Virus record (IMG/VR): IMGVR_UViG_3300045131_001062
Location: 1-63,890 of that record
DNA: 63,890 nucleotides
Reading direction: 5' to 3' (one strand)
DNA from: a virus
Lineage: Duplodnaviria > Caudoviricetes
Position numbers and translations under genes: made by a program. Shown one piece after another: positions 1 to 7,236 of this stretch; the stretch's first letter is position 1; each line of letters opens with the position of its first letter. The notes beneath the pieces are model-generated. The model was not told the DNA's origin and searched no databases. It saw only the letters and a list, made by a program, of their open reading frames with translations.

Positions 1-125
1 CGCGCACGCGCACGCGCACGCGCACGCGCACGCGCACGCGCACGCGCACGCGCACGCGCACGCGCACGCGCACGCGCACGCGCACGCGCACGCGCACGCG
101 CACGCGCACGCGCACGCGCACGCGC
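1..125. repeat. Perfect tandem hexamer array (CGCGCA)n, about 21 units, truncated by the window start
   Basis: Directly visible; strictly alternating pyrimidine/purine; same orientation as the array at 63765-63890. Confidence 0.98.
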
Positions 126-405
126 TATATAGAGCGTGCGTGCGCCCGCTCGCCGCGCCTGCGCCGCCGTTGCAAGTCTACGCTACCACGATGGCCCGTA
201 AAGGGCCTGCAATGGCCCTAGATCGCACGGGAGGCGGGCGGGGTGGATGTTTGTATGATTCACTATATCCGATGCGTCCTAGCCCTATCCTGGCCCTTTC
301 TAGGGCCTATGTCCCGTAAAACGTTTCTTTGCCACATAGGACGCATCGCACCCCGTACCCTGCTAGGTTGTATAGGCTAGCCCGTTCTGAGCCCGCCTGC
401 GTGAA

Positions 406-463
406 TGGCATAGTTCATGCTGTATCCGTCAATTCTTGACGCATCGTAGCATAGACTATGCCA
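406..463. promoter_or_regulatory. Imperfect inverted repeat whose arms resemble sigma54 -24/-12 boxes
   Basis: TGGCATAGTTCATGCT (406-421, +) and TGGCATAGTCTATGCT (448-463, -), both GG-N10-GC, enclosing the palindrome CGTCAA-TTC-TTGACG. Confidence 0.5.
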
Positions 464-514
464 ATCCATGCTAAAAATGCGTCTTTTTATTTTTCAAAAT
501 GTTCGCTGGAATGC

Positions 515-544
515 TTGACATGGAGTGTCTGTATCCTATAGAGT
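515..544 (+). promoter_or_regulatory. Putative sigma70 early promoter
   Basis: TTGACA (515-520), 18-nt spacer, TAGAGT (539-544), upstream of the first ORFs. Confidence 0.55.
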
Positions 545-595
545 TGGTGACAGTTGACAACAACGGACGCAACGGACGCAACGGAGGGCAATTAA

Positions 596-805
596 ATGCA
601 AACCATCGGACAGGCGATAGACAAAGCAATGCTAGACTTGGCAAGGCGCACGCAAAGCAAGATACAAGCCGCACAAGAGACTATGACAGAAAACTCCGAT
701 CCGCGCATCTATTGCGAGACTATGCTTTCTCTGCTAATGCCATACCACCGCGCCGACCGCAGCACGGCCCGTCTACTCAATAACCTATTCAACACCTTGC
801 GCTAA
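596..805 (+). CDS. Hypothetical early protein
   Basis: GGAGG upstream of ATG; first ORF after the promoter. Confidence 0.6.
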   Translation: MQTIGQAIDKAMLDLARRTQSKIQAAQETMTENSDPRIYCETMLSLLMPYHRADRSTARLLNNLFNTLR

Positions 806-813
806 AGGATACT

Positions 814-1122
814 ATGCCTAATTGCTTCCAACTAATTAGCAAGGCCACCGGGGAGCCTACCGCGTTTGCCGAAATTGACGTTGCGCTGTGCGCGTTGCTT
901 GGCGCACCAGTGGACCCCGTGAATTATGTTTTGGGCTGGTATGACACTATCGGCTTTCGTTGCGCGTTGGGTGATAGCTTCGATACGATGCGCGAAGAGT
1001 TTGCCGACAACCGCGACAACCCACAATACAAGCCGCTTTTCTGGTCGCGTATGCTTCAATGCGTGGACTATCTCGACGCGCACTATACAACTAGTGCGTG
1101 GGCTGAAATTGGGAAACGCTAA
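814..1122 (+). CDS. Hypothetical early protein
   Basis: AAAGGA SD; tight packing with neighbours. Confidence 0.75.
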   Translation: MPNCFQLISKATGEPTAFAEIDVALCALLGAPVDPVNYVLGWYDTIGFRCALGDSFDTMREEFADNRDNPQYKPLFWSRMLQCVDYLDAHYTTSAWAEIGKR

Positions 1123-1123
1123 C

Positions 1124-1240
1124 ATGACCACTAACAAAATAACATGGAGACTGCTAGCGGCTATTGGGCTCGCTACCCTCATTAGTGCAATTGAATTAAT
1201 TAGTTTGAGTCTGTATGTCAGTGTCAAATGGAGTGAATAG
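1124..1240 (+). CDS. Small membrane peptide (38 aa)
   Basis: ATG 1124 right after the upstream stop; hydrophobic LLAAIGLATLISAIELISLSLYV; fills the gap to 1243. Confidence 0.45.
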   Translation: MTTNKITWRLLAAIGLATLISAIELISLSLYVSVKWSE

Positions 1241-1242
1241 CA

Positions 1243-2100
1243 ATGTACTCATTCAACAACAACCCCCGCCAACCGCAACCCGAAGTCGTTATCGGTATGG
1301 CAATTAGCATCGCAATGAAAGGATATCCTGCCGGTAATGCCATTGTCACGGCAGAGGGTGAGTCCGCGCCTATTGACTATACGGAACTGGCCCGGTACAT
1401 CCCTGCCAAATTCAAAGGCGTGGATGGAAAGAAAGAATGGACGCGAGAAGCCGCAATTACGCAAGTCCGCGCCAAGTATGGCGAGGCAAGCTATCCGGTA
1501 GTGTCGGATGGTCGCCACCGTGCGGCAGGCTCTATGGTAGCGTGCGCGTGCTTTGGCGTAGATACGGAATGGCCTAGCGTGGCCATTAGCGCGAAGGAAG
1601 GGGAAGTACTGGCGCACACGGGCAACCTCTCAAGTGAGATGATGGCGCGGCTGCGGCGTGACGAGCAATTGACGGCGGTGGCGGAGTGCATCCGGTTGCG
1701 GTACTACCGGAAACAAAGTGATGTGCCCGCGACCTCCTACGGCAAGCGTCAAACGTTGTGGGCGCGTGGGTACTTGCTCCGTCAAGTTGGGGCGGGTGAG
1801 GGTGGCGAATTAATCAAGCTCATCCTCGCCACATCCAATGAGGACTGTCGCAAAATTAGCAAGGCGGACCCGGACCACCGTATTGCGATGCTACGCAAGG
1901 CGGCCAAGGGCGCGGGGAACGCGGAAAAGGTGATGAGCGGAAAAGACTTGCGCGAGTTCCGCGCCTTGCTAGACAAGCGGGAAGGAATTAGCATGGACCT
2001 TTTGAACGTGCTTGACGCTATCATCGGGGATGACCGTGCTTCGCTTGAAGAGGCTTTCGGCATGGAGCCAAGCGAGGGTAGCGAGGGCGACGAGGAATAA
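1243..2100 (+). CDS. Divergent ParB/Srx-like N-terminal domain protein
   Basis: VVSDGRHR resembles the ParB DGxHR motif; followed by a terminator. Confidence 0.5.
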   Translation: MYSFNNNPRQPQPEVVIGMAISIAMKGYPAGNAIVTAEGESAPIDYTELARYIPAKFKGVDGKKEWTREAAITQVRAKYGEASYPVVSDGRHRAAGSMVACACFGVDTEWPSVAISAKEGEVLAHTGNLSSEMMARLRRDEQLTAVAECIRLRYYRKQSDVPATSYGKRQTLWARGYLLRQVGAGEGGELIKLILATSNEDCRKISKADPDHRIAMLRKAAKGAGNAEKVMSGKDLREFRALLDKREGISMDLLNVLDAIIGDDRASLEEAFGMEPSEGSEGDEE

Positions 2101-2117
2101 TTAGGCGCACACGCCTT

Positions 2118-2154
2118 AACCCCCATCCGGCGTGGGCCGGGTGGGGGTTTTTTT
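2118..2154 (+). terminator. Rho-independent terminator
   Basis: CCCCCATCCGGC-GTGG-GCCGGGTGGGGG stem followed by a T7 run. Confidence 0.9.
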
Positions 2155-2244
2155 GTGCCGTGAACCCAGAGGGCCGCTGGCCTGGCCTGCCGTACCGACC
2201 CCACACGCATCCCGGATTTTTTAAAACGAAGGCCAGATACCACA

Positions 2245-2296
2245 GACCTAAGAAGTCAATAACATGGAATACCCCACGACCCAAGAAGTCAATAAC
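2245..2296 (+). repeat. 19-bp direct repeat GACCYAAGAAGTCAATAAC x2
   Basis: Copies at 2245-2263 and 2278-2296; the same GACCYAAG core recurs at 63400-63760. Confidence 0.85.
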
Positions 2297-2440
2297 GCGT
2301 AATAGAGGACAGACTATGCAAGAATTGGGGCGAAAGATCATATATCTAATAAGACAGAATTGGCATCTTAGGTCATGGGTGTGGGATGCAGTAAATCAGA
2401 AGCAGGATTCCAGATAATCAAACCAACCAGATAATCATAA

Positions 2441-2470
2441 TTCACAATTTACAGGGACAGCTTGTATAAG
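2441..2470 (+). promoter_or_regulatory. Conserved 30-bp phage promoter motif, copy 1 (late operon)
   Basis: TTCACAATTTACAGGGACAGCTTGTATAAG, near-identical to 34102-34131 (+) and 33978-34007 (-). Confidence 0.8.
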
Positions 2471-2532
2471 ATCGTAGTGTAGCCAAAATGATTTAATCAT
2501 CGGTAGGATAATACAGAATCGGGACCCAAGTC

Positions 2533-3066
2533 ATGGACGGATTAATCGTAGCAAAAGAGGATTCGCCGACGCGCTGCCAGAGTGTGAGCAGCCGGCGTCA
2601 GTGTATCTATGAATCCGTCGCGGGTGGAACGGTCTGCTTGGCGCATGGCGGCGTACTGATTCAAAAGGCACAGGAACGTCAGGTCGTGCGTCAGTATCAA
2701 TTACGATTGTTCCAATCCCGCCTCAACGAAAAGGCCGATAGTCCGGGCCTAAAGACATTGCGGGACGAAATCGGGATTCTGCGGATCGTGCTTGAGGAAC
2801 TGCTCAACAAGTGCGAATTGCCCGTGGACATCATCATCCACGCCGGACGCATTGAATCACTGGCCCTCAAGATTGAAAAGCTCGTTTCCTCCTGTCACGC
2901 GATTGAAAAATCCAGTGGTAAGCTGCTGGATAAGAGCGCAATCCTCCAATTTGCGTCGGAGGTCGTTGACATCCTTAGCACTCACCTGTCAGACCTCCCG
3001 AACGGTAAGGACCTTCTCGAAACGATTAGTGGCGAAATCATCGCAGCAATTGATAAGAAAGAATAA
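2533..3066 (+). CDS. Probable terminase small subunit
   Basis: First late-operon gene; N-terminal C..C..CxxHGG (HGG-type zinc motif) plus helical C-terminus; upstream of terL. Confidence 0.6.
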   Translation: MDGLIVAKEDSPTRCQSVSSRRQCIYESVAGGTVCLAHGGVLIQKAQERQVVRQYQLRLFQSRLNEKADSPGLKTLRDEIGILRIVLEELLNKCELPVDIIIHAGRIESLALKIEKLVSSCHAIEKSSGKLLDKSAILQFASEVVDILSTHLSDLPNGKDLLETISGEIIAAIDKKE

Positions 3067-3093
3067 AGCCGCGTAGCGGCAAAGAGGAAAGCC

Positions 3094-3363
3094 ATGGCCT
3101 TCGAAAAAATCACAGTTAGCACAGTGGTGAAGAGTCTGAGTGCGGCAAAGTACGGGACGCGTCTCGTTACTGGCGCACTGATTACTTGTGAAACGGCCGC
3201 TGTCCGAATCATGACGGACGGTTCCACGCCAGACGCCACGACCGGACTTCTTATGGCGGCGGGTGCCACACTCACAATCGACCGTAAGAGTAGCCTTGTC
3301 GGATTCCGTGCAATCCGAGCCACTGGCTCCGACGGTGTGTTGCAAGTGGCTTATTTTCAATAA
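3094..3363 (+). CDS. Small beta-rich hypothetical protein, possibly virion decoration
   Basis: GAGGA SD; 89 aa with a DGSTP...G pattern. Confidence 0.6.
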   Translation: MAFEKITVSTVVKSLSAAKYGTRLVTGALITCETAAVRIMTDGSTPDATTGLLMAAGATLTIDRKSSLVGFRAIRATGSDGVLQVAYFQ

Positions 3364-3382
3364 TCATCACCAAAAGGGCACA

Positions 3383-4297
3383 ATGAAAAAGATTCTACCA
3401 ATCCTCTTACTACTGGCCGGCACAGTAATGGCCGATTCAATGACGCCCGCAATCCCATCTGCGACGGATGTGGAAATGGGCGTGTCGGCATATACGCAGT
3501 CCATGAATACAGCGTACCAACTGGCTGGTGACACCAACAACTGGAACGCCCTCACAAATTTCTACCCGGAGGCTGTGCTGTCTGGGTCCCATACCAATAT
3601 TCCAACTAGCGAGGCAGTGGAACAAGCGTCCTACCCGCGTCAGATATTCTACGGGATCGCGCAGGTCGAACCGGAGCGGGACCTGCGGTTTGCCGAAACT
3701 CCGTGCATCGTCCCGTTCACCGTAGATTATGATGTGAACTCTGGCTGGGTGGAAGATGCCAACGAAACTAATTACGTCGTCGCCGGTGAGCAGAACGGTC
3801 ATTGGCTGAGAGTCTCGCACAACATCATGGTCAGTAGTGGTGGTGGTGAGACTTTCACGGCATCTCAGTCGTGGATGTACCGCGACTACGGTGACGAAAT
3901 ACATCATCAGTGGTACGGGCTGCGTACAGTACCAGAAGGTGAGTTTGCTCTCCGCAGCGAGGTCGTCTATCAGGCGGCGCAGTCGGATCGCATTCTGGTC
4001 ATGGTTGATATAGTGCCGGCTCTTGGAAATTTGTTGGATGGCGTTAAGCTAACTACTGGCGACTACTCCGACGGCACGTACTTCATGATCGAAGACTTGG
4101 GACCAGACTATCGTAGAACTACTACATCCACTACAACGACCACGACCACAAGCTCGACGACCACGACCACCAGCTCGACGACCACAAGCTCGACGACCAC
4201 AAGCTCGACGACCACAAGCTCGACCACGACCACTACCACTACTTCCTCTTCGACCACTACCACTACGAGTACGACAAGCACGACTACCACGATATAA
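3383..4297 (+). CDS. Exported protein with signal peptide and Thr/Ser-rich mucin-like C-terminal tail
   Basis: MKKILPILLLLAGTVMA-D Sec-type leader (start moved to ATG 3383); about 58 C-terminal T/S residues. Confidence 0.8.
   Translation: MKKILPILLLLAGTVMADSMTPAIPSATDVEMGVSAYTQSMNTAYQLAGDTNNWNALTNFYPEAVLSGSHTNIPTSEAVEQASYPRQIFYGIAQVEPERDLRFAETPCIVPFTVDYDVNSGWVEDANETNYVVAGEQNGHWLRVSHNIMVSSGGGETFTASQSWMYRDYGDEIHHQWYGLRTVPEGEFALRSEVVYQAAQSDRILVMVDIVPALGNLLDGVKLTTGDYSDGTYFMIEDLGPDYRRTTTSTTTTTTTSSTTTTTSSTTTSSTTTSSTTTSSTTTTTTTSSSTTTTTSTTSTTTTI
4117..4291 (+). repeat. Coding low-complexity repeat (ACC/ACG/TCG; 15-nt unit ACCACAAGCTCGACG)
   Basis: Directly visible; encodes poly-Thr/Ser. Confidence 0.9.
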
Positions 4298-4307
4298 GGA
4301 ATCATCT

Positions 4308-4682
4308 ATGCCAACTCCTGCTGTATTCGGTGGTCCCGATGGCAACAAGCTCCTGCCGCCCGAGGGCATGGATGACATCAAAATCGACGCACTCAATGTG
4401 GAGGCAGGCCTTGATGTAAAGCAGGGCATCAAGACGGACACGCTCACGGTTGGTGGCGTTCCAATCCTTCCGCCCACTCCTGATCCGACAATCGCGAAGT
4501 TCGGTGGAGAGTCTGGCAACGAATTGATGGCTCCCGGCGGCAGCCCTGATGGGGATATCAAGATTCGTCGCCTGAACGTGACCGAGGGACTCGACGTACG
4601 GCAGGACATTCTGACGGACGGGATTATCTTGTGTGGCAAGAAGATGGTCGTCGGCGATGATGGCATCGTTCGTGCCCAGTAA
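4308..4682 (+). CDS. Hypothetical protein with an internal duplication
   Basis: FGGPDGNKLLPP..DIKIDALNVEAGLDVKQGIKTD vs FGGESGNELMAP..DIKIRRLNVTEGLDVRQDILTD; AAGGA SD. Confidence 0.75.
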   Translation: MPTPAVFGGPDGNKLLPPEGMDDIKIDALNVEAGLDVKQGIKTDTLTVGGVPILPPTPDPTIAKFGGESGNELMAPGGSPDGDIKIRRLNVTEGLDVRQDILTDGIILCGKKMVVGDDGIVRAQ

Positions 4683-4695
4683 TCGAGGATTAATC

Positions 4696-5031
4696 ATGAG
4701 TAATGACCCGACCGAACCAGTTCAGCAAGGCGACATAACTCGTGCCGTGGATGTTGAACGTCGTCGGGTCATGGTAGATTTCTCGGAATTGAAAGAACTC
4801 CAACAAATAACGATCAAGCAGAACGCCCGCCAGCTGTGGATTATCCTGATGGCCGTCGTTGTCGCCACTACCTTCATAGCCACACGTGAGTCGGAGTGGA
4901 AGTGGTTCAAGAAGAATACCGTCAAGGTCAATGAGTTCACTAGTTGGTGCACGCGTACCGAGAAGATTAATCGCGTTAGTGGGAACAACTGGGAAGCGGC
5001 CACCTTCGTACAAAGTAAGGACCAAGAATGA
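4696..5031 (+). CDS. Single-TM membrane protein (holin/antiholin-like)
   Basis: GAGGA SD before ATG 4696; TM segment LWIILMAVVVATTFIA. Confidence 0.55.
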   Translation: MSNDPTEPVQQGDITRAVDVERRRVMVDFSELKELQQITIKQNARQLWIILMAVVVATTFIATRESEWKWFKKNTVKVNEFTSWCTRTEKINRVSGNNWEAATFVQSKDQE

Positions 5032-5993
5032 AGAAGATTTTAACAATCGCCCTATTTGCCTTGGCTGTTAACGCACAGGCGTCCTCGTCGTGGATCAAGC
5101 CCGATGCGCCTAAGGTGACCAAGGCTGTACTAGCACAGCAGCCGCGTGACATTGTTGGTCTCGGAATCAGCTACAATTGGCCGCAGAAGAACTACGCTCT
5201 GCTTACAGAAGAGCTTGCTAAGGCTGGGTGTAATGCGACAGATATCGAGTACATGGGCCTTACGGTATCGACGCAGCACGGCTACAGGAAGGGCGGCGCT
5301 GACGCCCTTAAGAATGATTATCTCAAACTTCTGACGGAATGTCGCAAGCGCAACATCACGCTGATTGTCAGCATAGTTAATGACAACATGCACCAGAAGA
5401 AGTGGCTCCAGTCTGGAGTCCACGACCTTGCCCACTGGCCGCAGGAGTGCGAGCGCGCCGCACAGATTGTTATGGAAGCAGGTCCCGCTAACGTGTGGGT
5501 GCAAGTAATCGCTGAAACGCAGACAAGTCAGGGTCGTGCATACCAGTCTCGTTGGCTGCCCAAGTTCAAAGCTGCCGGATTCAAGACCGTCTATAACGAT
5601 GGCTCGCGGCCCGGTGGCAATGATGGAGCGTGGACACGCGCCTACCACTCCTGCAAGCTGTCGGACCTTGGTAATGGTTCTAACATCTTGCTGATTCCTG
5701 ACTGCGGCACAGCGATTGATCAGTACACTGATATGGGAATCCCTTTCGAGGAACTTACCGATGAGATTATTGAAACACTGACGGCGGAAGATCTGTTCAT
5801 GCCTGAATATCCCAGTCCTAACACCACCGCGGGCAACTTCAATACTGGCAAGGTCGTGAATCCGGCAGTGGCCGCTAGTTTCGTTCGGCGTGGCCGCGCA
5901 AAGGGTAATGGCGTGTGCATCTACACGGGCACTGGTATTGAAAGCGTCGAAGCGCAGATTCCTGCAATCAAAGCAATCGGGGCGGCTAAGTAA
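5028..5993 (+). CDS. Exported protein, possibly glycoside-hydrolase-like (TIM barrel)
   Basis: Signal peptide MKKILTIALFALAVNAQA-S; alternating alpha/beta pattern; enzymatic call is tentative. Confidence 0.55.
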   Translation: MKKILTIALFALAVNAQASSSWIKPDAPKVTKAVLAQQPRDIVGLGISYNWPQKNYALLTEELAKAGCNATDIEYMGLTVSTQHGYRKGGADALKNDYLKLLTECRKRNITLIVSIVNDNMHQKKWLQSGVHDLAHWPQECERAAQIVMEAGPANVWVQVIAETQTSQGRAYQSRWLPKFKAAGFKTVYNDGSRPGGNDGAWTRAYHSCKLSDLGNGSNILLIPDCGTAIDQYTDMGIPFEELTDEIIETLTAEDLFMPEYPSPNTTAGNFNTGKVVNPAVAASFVRRGRAKGNGVCIYTGTGIESVEAQIPAIKAIGAAK

Positions 5994-6009
5994 TCTTAAG
6001 TTAATCATC

Positions 6010-6645
6010 ATGCTCAAAGGCCAAACATATTGGGATACGAAGCATCCGTGGAAGCCGCTCATCTACCGTGGGCGTCCGCTTCCCGGTGCCGTTTCCATGC
6101 CCGGACAGGGTGTGGCCCTATATGAGTTGGACGTTCGCCGATTCATCTGGCCGGAAGATACTGTAATCACTAAGACGATTTTGGATAATCCGATACTGCA
6201 CAATGTACGGGCGAATAGTTGTGACAAGATCGCAAAGGCTGCCCTAGCTTTCGTTAGGGGTAAAGTTTCGTACGTTTCGGATAAGACGTTTGGTTCCCCT
6301 GAGTATTGGATGTTTCCTGTCGAGACACTGCGCCTCGGTAAGGGTGATTGCGAGGATGGAGCGATACTGCTTGTCACTCTGATTCGCAATCTCGGCTGCC
6401 CGGCTTGGAGAATACGTGTTGCTGCTGGTGATGTTCAGGGTGGCGGTCATGCGTGGGCGTCCTATTGCCGTGAGGAAGATGAACAGTGGGTTGCTCTTGA
6501 TTGGTGCTACTGGCCCACCGAAAATCCGGGACCGATCAATCAGGACAATCGCTATTTTCGGGGAGAGAAAGTGTGGTTCAGCTTCAATGACGAGTTCGCG
6601 TGGTCGGAATTACCTGACACGCAAATAGAGGGAAGGGTGAAATAA
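6010..6645 (+). CDS. Transglutaminase-like cysteine peptidase
   Basis: PVETL..GKGDCEDGAILL, GGHAW and WVALD give a Cys-His-Asp triad. Confidence 0.85.
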   Translation: MLKGQTYWDTKHPWKPLIYRGRPLPGAVSMPGQGVALYELDVRRFIWPEDTVITKTILDNPILHNVRANSCDKIAKAALAFVRGKVSYVSDKTFGSPEYWMFPVETLRLGKGDCEDGAILLVTLIRNLGCPAWRIRVAAGDVQGGGHAWASYCREEDEQWVALDWCYWPTENPGPINQDNRYFRGEKVWFSFNDEFAWSELPDTQIEGRVK

Positions 6646-6851
6646 TGACTCCTATCAGCCAGAGTATGATTCGTAAGGCACTGACCACGGTCGGTGTCCT
6701 GATCGCCGCGCTGGGTTTGACGAGTAAGTATCCCCAGCTGGCCAATTGGGATGCGTTTGTCGAGAACGCTGTCGTGGTGATTGGTGCAATCATGTGGATC
6801 GCGTCCTTCATCATGAGTTTCCGCAAGGCCAAGAACGAAACCAAGGCGTAA
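6645..6851 (+). CDS. Putative holin (2 TM)
   Basis: 68 aa, two hydrophobic helices, basic C-terminus. Confidence 0.65.
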   Translation: MTPISQSMIRKALTTVGVLIAALGLTSKYPQLANWDAFVENAVVVIGAIMWIASFIMSFRKAKNETKA

Positions 6852-6866
6852 ATGACTGGGGACTAA

Positions 6867-7052
6867 ATGACCAGTTGGGGCACAGTTGTAAAGGAGCTTC
6901 TGGCTTTGCTGCCTATTGTGATTACTTGGCTACGTGAGCGCAGTATCGACAAGAAAGCAGCATTGCTGGAGGCATTGAATACACGCGAGCAAGGATGGAA
7001 GGATGGCGATGCGTCTAGTATTCTTAATTCTGTTCGCCGCAGCGGTTGTTAG
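6867..7052 (+). CDS. Putative i-spanin-like membrane protein
   Basis: N-terminal hydrophobic stretch then helix; overlaps the downstream lipoprotein ORF. Confidence 0.45.
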   Translation: MTSWGTVVKELLALLPIVITWLRERSIDKKAALLEALNTREQGWKDGDASSILNSVRRSGC

Positions 7053-7221
7053 TGGGTGCAGCACCCCGATTGTGGCAATCGAAAAGGAATCGTGTTTGAC
7101 CTGTCCGGAAGGGACAATAATCACGAAACCAGACGGATCAGAGTATACTGTTAAAGAAGGTATGTATCTGCGTAAGGACATTGTAAATCTGGCGCTTGAC
7201 GCCAAGATGAAACGTAAATAG
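7009..7221 (+). CDS. Lipoprotein, putative o-spanin
   Basis: MRLVFLILFAAAVVSG-C lipobox; overlaps the preceding ORF as in Rz/Rz1. Confidence 0.65.
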   Translation: MRLVFLILFAAAVVSGCSTPIVAIEKESCLTCPEGTIITKPDGSEYTVKEGMYLRKDIVNLALDAKMKRK

Positions 7222-7236
7222 TTAATTTAGGTAAGA

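Noticed and set aside
1-125. Eukaryote-like telomeres at both ends
   Set aside because: Both arrays have the same orientation rather than inverted, and no reverse transcriptase was seen; better explained as one array split by assembly.
4108-4305. Poly-Val minus-strand ORF
   Set aside because: Reverse reading of the Thr/Ser repeat.
5130-6062. 310-aa minus-strand ORF
   Set aside because: Opposite a well-supported signal-peptide gene in a plus-strand operon.
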